Shown: positions 30,747 through 39,029 of the stretch, one piece after another
Layout: every line of letters starts with the position of its first letter
How positions within the stretch are numbered: the stretch's first letter is position 1
Source: an uncultured Pelagibacteraceae bacterium
GTDB lineage: Bacteria; Pseudomonadota; Alphaproteobacteria; Pelagibacterales; AG-422-B15
Direction of reading: 5' to 3'
Length of the DNA stretch: 64,000 bases
Assembly: GCA_902526565.1 (NCBI GenBank)
Contig: CABZLP010000002.1
Location: 38,191-102,190, forward strand
Made by a program: the position numbers and the translations under genes
Notes under the pieces: model-generated
What the model was told of the DNA's origin: nothing
Database searches by the model: none
What the model saw: only the letters and a program-made list of their open reading frames with translations

Positions 30747-31778
30747 TTATTCCCAACCAACTCTATCCATCAACTTAACAGCATCTGGATTGAATTCACC
30801 ATAGCTTGCTACTGATGTCTGATCTTCCTTAAAACCAGAACCAAATTGAGCTATTAAATCACTTGCAGCAACACCCTCACGCATTGGAAATTCGTAAGTG
30901 TTGTTCACTATGTGAGTTTGAGCTTCTTCGCTTAGAAGAAACTCAATAAATTTCACTGCATTGTCTGCATTTGGAGCATTCTTCATAAGACCGGCTCCAC
31001 TTACATTAATGTGAGCTCCGCGACCATCTTGACCAGGAAAGTGTAGTTCAACTTTTCTTGCAGCGGCTTGTTGTTCTTCACCTTTTTTGCCTGAGAGCAT
31101 TAAACCTATATAATAACTATTAGAGATTGCAATGTCAGCTTCACCATTAGCTACAGCCATGATTTGCGCTCTATCATTACCTTCAGGTTTTCTTGCAAAG
31201 TTACCAACAAAACGATGTGCCCAGTCTTCAGTAGCTGAGATACCATTATTTGCAATTAAAGATGAAACTAATGATTGGTTATACATATTTCCAGAACTTC
31301 TGATTGCGATTCTTCCTTTCCACTTTGGATTAGATAAGTCTTCATAGGTAAGACCTTCCATCTCTTCAGCAGATACATTCACTGGATTGTAATACATAAC
31401 CCTAGAACGCTTAGCTATTCCTACCCACTCATTATTTGGGCCTCTTAAATTCTCTGGTACAATAGAGTCTATCGTACTTGAATTAATACTTTGGAACATG
31501 CCATCTTTTTGAACCTTCCAAAGATTGCCAGCGTCAACAGTAATAAAAACATCAGCTGGAGAGCTTGATCCCTCAGAAGCAAGTCTTTCCATCAAAGCTT
31601 TACCTTTACCAGAAATAACGTTTACTCTAATTCCAGTTGCATCAGTAAACTTTGAATACAAAGCGTCATCAGAGTCATAATGTCTTGATGTATATAGATT
31701 AACTTCACTTGCGAAAGAGCTTGCAATAGTAACAAAGCTAACCGCTATGATTGTTAAAAGTTTAGTAATAAAATTCAT
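30747..31778 (-). CDS. Fe(3+) ABC transporter periplasmic substrate-binding protein (FbpA/SfuA/AfuA/FutA family)
   Basis: 343 aa. A signal peptide (..VTIASSFA) is followed by EVNLYTSRHY, SPADVFITVDAG and ISNSYY, which are the Tyr-rich ferric-binding-protein motifs. Confidence 0.86.
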   Translation of the reverse strand: MNFITKLLTIIAVSFVTIASSFASEVNLYTSRHYDSDDALYSKFTDATGIRVNVISGKGKALMERLASEGSSSPADVFITVDAGNLWKVQKDGMFQSINSSTIDSIVPENLRGPNNEWVGIAKRSRVMYYNPVNVSAEEMEGLTYEDLSNPKWKGRIAIRSSGNMYNQSLVSSLIANNGISATEDWAHRFVGNFARKPEGNDRAQIMAVANGEADIAISNSYYIGLMLSGKKGEEQQAAARKVELHFPGQDGRGAHINVSGAGLMKNAPNADNAVKFIEFLLSEEAQTHIVNNTYEFPMREGVAASDLIAQFGSGFKEDQTSVASYGEFNPDAVKLMDRVGWE

Positions 31779-31793
31779 AGTTCCCCATTTCTA

Positions 31794-31822
31794 TTATTTA
31801 GAATGATTATAATTAGCAATTA
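31794..31822 (-). promoter_or_regulatory. Iron-box copy 2 (Fur-box/ICE-like) 15 nt upstream of the fbpA-like start; contains TATAAT on the coding strand
   Basis: + strand TTATTTAGAATGATTATAATTAGCAATTA. It matches the 19-bp Fur box GATAATGATAATCATTATC at about 14/19. The reverse complement contains TATAAT. Confidence 0.5.
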
Positions 31823-31829
31823 TATAATA

Positions 31830-31858
31830 TTATTGAGAATGATTATCAATAGCAAATT
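31830..31858 (-). promoter_or_regulatory. Iron-box copy 3 (Fur-box-like), tandem to copy 2 (36 nt start-to-start)
   Basis: + strand TTATTGAGAATGATTATCAATAGCAAATT. The core GAGAATGATTATCAATAGC matches the Fur box at about 15/19. The reverse complement contains GATAAT. Confidence 0.5.
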
Positions 31859-31882
31859 TGACGCATGGGTATGGATTAAAAG

Positions 31883-33283
31883 TTATAATGAGTTAATGAA
31901 ACTAAGTAATTGATTCACTTCATTTTTTTTAAGTTTTTTATAATTTTGTATGATTTCTTTTGCCTCTCCTCCATGCCACAGAATGGCTTCTTCGATTGTT
32001 CGAGCTCTGCCGTCATGAAGGTATCCATATTCATCAGAAACTATATTTGTTAAACCGATACCCCATAATGGAGGAGTTCGCCACTCGCGTCCCTGGGCAA
32101 GAAATTCTGAAACGCCGTCAGATAAACTTTCTCCCATATCATGTAAAAGAAAATCTGAATATGGGTATATGATTTGTTTTTTCAAATTTCCATGGGGTCC
32201 AGAGTCGCCAGTCGTAAAACTTTCTACATGGCAAGAATTACAATTTAATGCGAAAAAAATCTCTTTTCCTTTTTTTACATTCTCTGCATCTATATTCCTT
32301 CGCGCTGGTACCCCTAATTGAGAGGAATAAAAAGTCACCAAGTCTAATTGATCAATAGATACCTCGAGATCATCATATTCTTCACTGTTGCCACTAATAC
32401 CCTTAGCGCACTCTTCTTGCTTACTAGTACAGTTAAATGGATTGCTATAAAGTTTATTTGACAACCCCATATCATGATAGAAAGCATCAGCAGTTTGTTG
32501 GTAAACAGAGGGTTGTGCTGATTTCCATCCAAATCTTCCAATCGCTAATTTTTCTTTTTGGATATCCCACACTTTATTAGCCTTTCCAGAAACGCCATCT
32601 TTATTTGTGTCATCAACATCCTCATTCATCAATAAACTTTGGTCACTTATATGTTCAATGAGCCCAAGTCCTATCATTGGCTGTGCGATTCTTGCAGAAA
32701 ATGTTGTGCTCTCATTAAATTCACCATAATTCAAATTATCTATTTTGATTATCGGACGACGAAGCTCGACCACTCTGCCGTCTTCATACATTTCGAGTGA
32801 ATATTTATAATCGATTATTATATCTGCTTCTTTTAATACGTCTTTAACAGCAAATTCACTTATCTGCCCCCCATAAGTATCATCATCAATGTTTTTTATG
32901 TAATCGTTTGATTGCTCGATATTTTGAGAAATTTGGATAACAACAGAAATTTTATCTTCTTTGTTAGTAAGTGGAATATGTCCTCTTCCATCGTTGATAT
33001 GACATGACTCACATGAACGCGCACTAAAGAAAGGGCCAAGACCGTCTTTAGCAATATTTTTTGATATACTTGAGTCTTCCCACATTCTCTCAAAAAGTGC
33101 GTTACCAACAAGAAAATTAATTCGCATATGTTCTTCAAGATTTCTTGATGAAAGTGAAAAACTGTTTTTATTTTCAACTTGATTTGAAGTTTCGCCCCCA
33201 GGCAGATAAGGATCAGCAAATGTATCTGCTCTGATTAAAAAAATAGTCAAAAAAATATATATGAATGAGAAAAACCTGATCAC
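31883..33283 (-). CDS. Periplasmic di-haem protein of the DUF1111 family (annotated elsewhere as di-haem oxidoreductase / putative peroxidase / thiol oxidoreductase)
   Basis: 466 aa with a GTG start and a signal peptide. There are two CxxCH haem motifs (CESCH in DGLGPFFSARSCESCHINDGRGH; CNSCH). The C-terminal LLHDMG..EWRTPPLWGIG..LHDGRARTIEEAILWHGGEA is the family signature as I recall it. Confidence 0.85.
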   Translation of the reverse strand: MIRFFSFIYIFLTIFLIRADTFADPYLPGGETSNQVENKNSFSLSSRNLEEHMRINFLVGNALFERMWEDSSISKNIAKDGLGPFFSARSCESCHINDGRGHIPLTNKEDKISVVIQISQNIEQSNDYIKNIDDDTYGGQISEFAVKDVLKEADIIIDYKYSLEMYEDGRVVELRRPIIKIDNLNYGEFNESTTFSARIAQPMIGLGLIEHISDQSLLMNEDVDDTNKDGVSGKANKVWDIQKEKLAIGRFGWKSAQPSVYQQTADAFYHDMGLSNKLYSNPFNCTSKQEECAKGISGNSEEYDDLEVSIDQLDLVTFYSSQLGVPARRNIDAENVKKGKEIFFALNCNSCHVESFTTGDSGPHGNLKKQIIYPYSDFLLHDMGESLSDGVSEFLAQGREWRTPPLWGIGLTNIVSDEYGYLHDGRARTIEEAILWHGGEAKEIIQNYKKLKKNEVNQLLSFINSL

Positions 33284-33300
33284 TGAATGTAGGCTAAATG

Positions 33301-33984
33301 TTACTCGGCTTCGTGTCCACTTTGAATTAAATCGTCAATGTTCTCATCTTCTCTGAAGGGTTCTATCTGGCTTTGATCTACTTCTTGAGGTTCTTTAATA
33401 TCTAGATTTGGTGGAAGCCTACTTTCAAGTAATCCAGCAGCTTTTAACTCTTCTAGTCCTGGCAAGTCAGATACTTGTTCAAGTTGGAAGTACTCTAAAA
33501 ATCTCTCTGTAGTACCATAAATAATTGGTCTTCCTGGAACCTTTTTCCTTCCAATTGGCCTAACCCAGTTTAACTCCATTAATACATCAAGTGTTCCTGG
33601 GCTAAAATGAACACCTCTTATATCTTCAACTTCAGCTCGAGTTACAGGCTGATGATAAGCTATAATTGAAAGAGTTTCAGTTGCAGCTTTAGATAGCTTT
33701 CTTTGAACAATTTTTTCTTTTTTCATCATTGATGATAAATCTTGGGCAGTTTTAAAGCTCCACTTATTTCCTGTTTTAATTAAATTTACACCCCTATTTT
33801 CGTATTGAGCTTTTAATAAGCTTAAAAGTTTATTTAGGTTCGACCCTTTTGGAAGACGAGCTTTCATGCTCTCTGCGTCTAATGGTTCACTCGCAGCAAA
33901 TAATAGTGCTTCAAGAACTCTTAGATTGTCCATGTGCTCAGATGGAAAATTCATTATATTATCAGTTTGGTTTACTTTACTCAT
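33301..33984 (-). CDS. scpB: Segregation and condensation protein B
   Basis: 227 aa. Motifs: LRVLEALLFAASEPL, IAYHQPVTRAEVEDIRGV, GRPIIYGTT. Confidence 0.9.
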   Translation of the reverse strand: MSKVNQTDNIMNFPSEHMDNLRVLEALLFAASEPLDAESMKARLPKGSNLNKLLSLLKAQYENRGVNLIKTGNKWSFKTAQDLSSMMKKEKIVQRKLSKAATETLSIIAYHQPVTRAEVEDIRGVHFSPGTLDVLMELNWVRPIGRKKVPGRPIIYGTTERFLEYFQLEQVSDLPGLEELKAAGLLESRLPPNLDIKEPQEVDQSQIEPFREDENIDDLIQSGHEAE

Positions 33985-33991
33985 ATTAATT

Positions 33992-34789
33992 TTAATTTAG
34001 AAAATCATCTTGTTTCTTATTTTTAATAAATACTGGACCAAATGGTACAAGTTGTTGGACCTCGAGGACGCCTTCTCTAACCAGCTCCATTGCTGCTGCT
34101 AAAGTTCCAGCAATACCAGATCGTGCATTTTTGCCTTGCGAAAATTCCTTTGGTAGAAATTTTTCTAATCTTGTCCACTCAGGAACCTCGCCAACCATTC
34201 TTTGTAATCTTACAAGTGCATCTTCCATTGCAAAAACTTGAGGTCTTTCTATTGTCATCGATGAATAAGCTATTCTATACCTCTGGTCCGCATACGATTT
34301 AAGTAAGTCATAGAAGTCTAAATAGTATTCAGGCGTTCTGATTAAACGTATTCCTTCAGGCATACCCCTGTTAAAAAAATCAATACCTAGCTTTGGCAAG
34401 CCCATTAGTTTCTCTGACACTAGTCTTATGGCTTCGAGCTTTTTTAATTGGAATTTTAATCTCTCAGCCATCTCCTCTGCACTTAACTCTTCGCCAGTTT
34501 CTTCTCTTGGTATTAGTAAGTTTGATTTTAAAAAAGCCATCCATGCTGCCATTACTAAGTAGTCAGCCGCAAGTTCTAAATTGCGATCTCTTACTTTGGC
34601 GATAAATTCCAAATATTGCTCTGTCAGCTGTAAAATAGATATTTTCATTAAATCCACTTTTTGAGATTTTGCTAACGTCAGAAGTACATCTAAAGGACCT
34701 TCGAAGACGTCTAAATTAACGATTAAGTCATCTGGGTCAGAGTCGACTCTTGGATTTGTTTCACTATAAGTATTTGAAATATCTTCCAT
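33992..34789 (-). CDS. scpA: Segregation and condensation protein A
   Basis: 265 aa. It has the FEGPLDVLLTLAKSQKVDLMKISILQLTEQYL kleisin N-terminal motif. Confidence 0.9.
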   Translation of the reverse strand: MEDISNTYSETNPRVDSDPDDLIVNLDVFEGPLDVLLTLAKSQKVDLMKISILQLTEQYLEFIAKVRDRNLELAADYLVMAAWMAFLKSNLLIPREETGEELSAEEMAERLKFQLKKLEAIRLVSEKLMGLPKLGIDFFNRGMPEGIRLIRTPEYYLDFYDLLKSYADQRYRIAYSSMTIERPQVFAMEDALVRLQRMVGEVPEWTRLEKFLPKEFSQGKNARSGIAGTLAAAMELVREGVLEVQQLVPFGPVFIKNKKQDDFLN

Positions 34790-34850
34790 TTTTTTGATAG
34801 ATTGATTCTTTATTATATAGCAGAAGAATAGTTAATTCGACGAAAATAAC

Positions 34851-35861
34851 CTATGCTTGGCTTAGTAAATATTCAAATTCACTTCCAGCTTCATCTGTGC
34901 GCATTGAAACCGGTCGATTGTATATATCGTAAATTGTATCCGGGATAGCTATTGGCTTAAATTCTTCTTTAATTCTTTTAGCTATCATATTCATTTCATT
35001 GATATTTCCATTACAATGAAGAACCAGATCACAGCCCGCTTTGAGAGATTTAATTGCTGCATCAACCGGCTCGCAATTTACTGCTTTCATAGACAAATCA
35101 TCAGTCATTAAAAGCCCTTTAAATTTAATGTGCTGCCTAATAATCTTGTTAATAATTATTTTTGAAAAAGTGACAATATTATTTGAGTCTATTTTATTGA
35201 ATTTAATGTGAGCGGTCATTGCCAATTGTGCCTCTGCATTTTCAGTGAATGGTTTAAAATCGTATTTTTCTAAAAGTTTTTCTTCAGCATCTACAATAGG
35301 CATTTCAAGATGACTGTCTACTTTTGCTTTCCCGTGCCCAGGAATATGCTTCATAATTGAAGCAACTCCATTTGACGTTAAAGCTTTAATAACTACTTTT
35401 CCTGCTGCGCTCACAATATTCTCATCAGTAGAGTATGCTCTATCGCCAATTATTCCACTTTCTTCATTTGCAGGTAAATCTAGTACGGGAATAGTATTGC
35501 TATTGATACCAAGCTGTTTCAAAGTACTAGCCATCATAATTGAATTTAATTCCAGAAGTCTTAATCCAAGATCAAAATCTTGCTCGATCAATTTTCCAAA
35601 GAAGTCACTTGTTTTAAATTTTTTTATATTATCAAGGTTTAATCTGGATACCCTTCCACCCTCTTGGTCAATTAATATGGGCAGATTAATATGATTTATT
35701 TCTTTGAGATGAGCAGTTAGTTTTTTAATGGTGTGAATATCACTGCAATTTCTTTCAAAAAGAATTACGCCCCAGGGTTTATAATATTCAAAAAACTTTA
35801 TTTCTTCCTTAGATAATTCAGTGCCTGATATTCCACATATAATGGGTAGATAGCTATTCAT
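34851..35861 (-). CDS. nagZ: Beta-N-acetylhexosaminidase (GH3)
   Basis: 336 aa. Motifs: IDQEGGRVSRL, GDRAYS, KHIPGHG, LMTDDLSM. Confidence 0.9.
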   Translation of the reverse strand: MNSYLPIICGISGTELSKEEIKFFEYYKPWGVILFERNCSDIHTIKKLTAHLKEINHINLPILIDQEGGRVSRLNLDNIKKFKTSDFFGKLIEQDFDLGLRLLELNSIMMASTLKQLGINSNTIPVLDLPANEESGIIGDRAYSTDENIVSAAGKVVIKALTSNGVASIMKHIPGHGKAKVDSHLEMPIVDAEEKLLEKYDFKPFTENAEAQLAMTAHIKFNKIDSNNIVTFSKIIINKIIRQHIKFKGLLMTDDLSMKAVNCEPVDAAIKSLKAGCDLVLHCNGNINEMNMIAKRIKEEFKPIAIPDTIYDIYNRPVSMRTDEAGSEFEYLLSQA

Positions 35862-35872
35862 TATAATGACGC

Positions 35873-36064
35873 TTACTCACCTAGTTCATAGATATTTAAA
35901 TCTGGAAATTCTAGCTCCCCAGTATCCTCGGGTACAATTCTATAATTGTCTAAATTTCCACTAATTGAAATAATTTCATCATCATCTTCAGTGTTATAGA
36001 ATAACCAGAAACCAATTAAAATAAAAATTGAGATAAAAACAGTCGAAATGATTGTAGCTTTCAT
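35873..36064 (-). CDS. Small single-pass membrane protein; probable remnant of the SPOR-domain protein normally encoded between argS and nagZ
   Basis: The track gives a 73-aa ORF (to 36094) that overlaps argS. I prefer the ATG at 36062-36064 (MKATIISTVFISIFILIGFWLF..), which gives 63 aa starting 1 nt after the argS stop. It has one TM plus an acidic tail, YRIVPEDTGELEFPDLNIYE. There is no SPOR domain. Confidence 0.5.
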   Translation of the reverse strand: MKATIISTVFISIFILIGFWLFYNTEDDDEIISISGNLDNYRIVPEDTGELEFPDLNIYELGE

Positions 36065-36065
36065 T

Positions 36066-37805
36066 TTATTGCATTTCTTCAGGTGCAGAAACACCTAATA
36101 TATCAAGTCCAGACTTAAGAGTACGTTTCGTTAGCATTAAAAGTGAAATCCTTGCATAAGTTCTTTCAATGTTGTTTTCATCGATAAACCTCTTTTTTTT
36201 GTCAATCTTTCCTTGGTTCCATAATGAATGAAGAGCTGACGCTAAATCATACAAATAGTAAGATATTCTATGAGGTTCCTCTAATGTAGCTGAAGTTTCT
36301 ATAATGCTGCTATAATTCATTATTTTTTTTAATAAAAATAGTTCTCCATCTTCCTTCAACTGTTCATAGTTACATTTATCAAAAGAATTTAGATCAAGAC
36401 CTAATTTATAATCTTCAAGGTTCCTTATAACTGAGCAGATTCTTGCATGAGCATATTGAACGTAGAATACTGGATTATCCTTTGATTGCTCAGTAACTTT
36501 CTGAAAGTTGAATTCTAATGGAGCCTCATTTTTTCTATACAACATCATAAATCTAATACAATCGCTGCCTACTTCATCAACTAATTCTCTAATTGTAATG
36601 AAATCACCTAATCTTTTGGACATCTTTAGTTGCTTCCCATCACTTATTAGTTTCACCATTTGACATAATTTAACTGAAAATTTCGCTTTATCATTTGTTA
36701 GAGCAACTATTGATGCATTCATGCGTTTTATATAACCACCGTGATCAGCGCCCCAAATATCTATTAATTTCTGAGACCCTCGTTGGTATTTATCAAAATG
36801 GTAAGCGATATCGTTTGCAAAATAAGTCCACTCCCCATTTGATTTCTGTAATGGTCTATCGGTCTCATCGCCGTAATTTGAAGATTTAAAAAGCATTTGT
36901 TCTCGTGGCTCCCAATCTTCAATTTGCTTTCCTTTTGGTTTATTTAAAATGCCTTCATAAATTAGATCTAAGTCTTTTAATTTTTTAATAACCTCATCAA
37001 TCTTTCCCTCAGCAATTAGTTTTTTTTCAGATATGAAATGATCTTGCTCGATAGATAAAAGTTTTAAATCTGCTTTTATCAAATCCAATAACAAGGCTAC
37101 ACTTTCATCTTTGATTAATTCAAATGAATTATCTTGCTCTAAAATTTTATCCCCATTTTTATCAATTATTTTTTTTGCAATATCGATAAGATACTCACCA
37201 GGATAAAAATTATCCGGATAATTATTATCGTTTTGCTGATTTAGTATTTCTTTAATTCTTATGATAACTGAGTCAGCTAAATAATTAATTTGAACTCCCG
37301 CATCATTTACGTAATATTCTTTTGTTACATCGTAACCTGTAGATTTAAGTAAATTTGATAATACATCTCCAAATACAGCGCCTCTACAATGGCCTATATG
37401 CAATGGTCCAGTTGGATTAGCCGAGACATATTCTACATTAATTGTTTGACCATTACCTATATTTTTATCATACAGTTCGCTGCTATTTAATTTCTCACTT
37501 AGAAATTTATACCAAACAGACTTATTGACGCGAAAATTAAGGAAACCAGGTTTTGCAATCTCTAGTTGTTCAAATTCAGAGTATTTTTCTAGGGAGGTTT
37601 TAAGAATTTCGGCAATTTTAATAGGTGGTTCGGAGAGCTCTTTGCTTAAAACCATGCAAATATTAGTGCTTAAGTCTCCATTGTCTTCGTTCTTTGGACT
37701 TTCAACAACAAAACGACTTTTGTCTATAACTTGCTCTGGTAATTTAAAATTTGATACAAATTCCTTTGAGATAATAGACTTATAAAAATGAAATATATCT
37801 GACAT
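36066..37805 (-). CDS. argS: Arginine--tRNA ligase
   Basis: The track start at 37808 is TTG. The ATG one codon later (37803-37805) overlaps the dgt TGA by 1 nt. Class I motifs are present: SANPTGPLHIGH (HIGH) and a KMSKR-like MSKRLG. Confidence 0.95.
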   Translation of the reverse strand: MSDIFHFYKSIISKEFVSNFKLPEQVIDKSRFVVESPKNEDNGDLSTNICMVLSKELSEPPIKIAEILKTSLEKYSEFEQLEIAKPGFLNFRVNKSVWYKFLSEKLNSSELYDKNIGNGQTINVEYVSANPTGPLHIGHCRGAVFGDVLSNLLKSTGYDVTKEYYVNDAGVQINYLADSVIIRIKEILNQQNDNNYPDNFYPGEYLIDIAKKIIDKNGDKILEQDNSFELIKDESVALLLDLIKADLKLLSIEQDHFISEKKLIAEGKIDEVIKKLKDLDLIYEGILNKPKGKQIEDWEPREQMLFKSSNYGDETDRPLQKSNGEWTYFANDIAYHFDKYQRGSQKLIDIWGADHGGYIKRMNASIVALTNDKAKFSVKLCQMVKLISDGKQLKMSKRLGDFITIRELVDEVGSDCIRFMMLYRKNEAPLEFNFQKVTEQSKDNPVFYVQYAHARICSVIRNLEDYKLGLDLNSFDKCNYEQLKEDGELFLLKKIMNYSSIIETSATLEEPHRISYYLYDLASALHSLWNQGKIDKKKRFIDENNIERTYARISLLMLTKRTLKSGLDILGVSAPEEMQ

Positions 37806-38947
37806 CAATTAATGTGTTTATTATATATTGTTTGTGCAAAATTATCGGTCATACCTGCAACAAAATCACAAATCATTCTTGATTTATGATTTTCATTTTC
37901 ATAATCTGGCAGGTATTTGCTGTATATCTTGTCATCAGTGTTCATGAATAATTCAAATAAGGATGTAATTATTTTATGAGCATTTTGCGTCATACTCTTT
38001 ACTTTATCATGGTTATACATTTTAGATGAAAGGAAAGATTTTATGGAACTAACTTTTTCCTTCATAACAGGCGAGAAATCAGCAACTAATTGATTTTGCA
38101 ACCTAACATCATTGGCAGTTTTTATAGATAACTTGCTCACGTGCTCATCAATAGTATTCATTACATCTTTGATCATAATTGCGGTTGATTTTCGCGTTAT
38201 CTCGTTATTTATCCTTTGCATCTCAAATGATTCAAATTCTGATGGAAAGCTTTTTATTATATCACCGATCAGTGGAAGATTGGCCAGCTCATCGTAAGTG
38301 AAAAAACCAGCTCTGAGGCCATCATCTAAATCGTGATTGTTATAAGCAATGTCATCCGCTATTGACGATATTTGCGCCTCTAAGGATGGAAACTTATTTA
38401 ATTGTAAATTAAATTTATTATTTAATTCATTTATCGTCATAGGAATATTTTCTTTTATTGGACCATTATGTTTTACCAGACCTTCTAACGTCTCCCATGT
38501 AAGATTTAGACCATCAAAATTAAAATATTTTTTTTCAAGTAGGTGCACTATCCTTATCGCCTGATCATTATGATCAAAGCCTCCGTAATTTTTCATTGAC
38601 GAAGAAAGGGCATCTTCTCCAGCATGTCCGAATGGTGGGTGTCCTATATCGTGACTAATGGACAATGTATCGGCTAAATCTTCATCAAGATTAAAGACCC
38701 TGCATATTGATCGTGCAATTTGAGATACTTCAAGAGAATGGGTAAGTCTTGTTCTATAGTGATCGCCTTCATGAGAAACAAAGACCTGAGTTTTATGTTT
38801 AAGTCTTCTAAACGCAGCTGAGTGCAATATTCTATCTCTATCTCTTTGAAATTCAGACCGAGTTTGACTATAACTTTCCTTAATCAATCTTCCTTTTGAT
38901 GTTTCAGGAGATGAAGAAAGTAATGATAAGTCTTTTGAAATACTCAT
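37805..38947 (-). CDS. dgt: dGTPase-like deoxyguanosinetriphosphate triphosphohydrolase (HD domain)
   Basis: 380 aa. Motifs: FQRDRDRILHSAAFRRLKHKTQV, RTRLTHSLEVSQIAR, HDIGHPPFGH. Confidence 0.88.
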   Translation of the reverse strand: MSISKDLSLLSSSPETSKGRLIKESYSQTRSEFQRDRDRILHSAAFRRLKHKTQVFVSHEGDHYRTRLTHSLEVSQIARSICRVFNLDEDLADTLSISHDIGHPPFGHAGEDALSSSMKNYGGFDHNDQAIRIVHLLEKKYFNFDGLNLTWETLEGLVKHNGPIKENIPMTINELNNKFNLQLNKFPSLEAQISSIADDIAYNNHDLDDGLRAGFFTYDELANLPLIGDIIKSFPSEFESFEMQRINNEITRKSTAIMIKDVMNTIDEHVSKLSIKTANDVRLQNQLVADFSPVMKEKVSSIKSFLSSKMYNHDKVKSMTQNAHKIITSLFELFMNTDDKIYSKYLPDYENENHKSRMICDFVAGMTDNFAQTIYNKHIN

Positions 38948-39029
38948 TAGTTGCGAACTATATATTTAAATTATATCCTATAATAATTGATTACTTTAAG
39001 AATCCTATAAAAACAACAATAGATTTATT

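Noticed and set aside
36065-36094. The N-terminal 10 codons of the 73-aa track ORF, which overlap the argS 3' end.
   Set aside because: The internal ATG at 36062-36064 gives a protein that begins directly with the TM helix and removes a 29-nt overlap. The longer form has no supporting feature.
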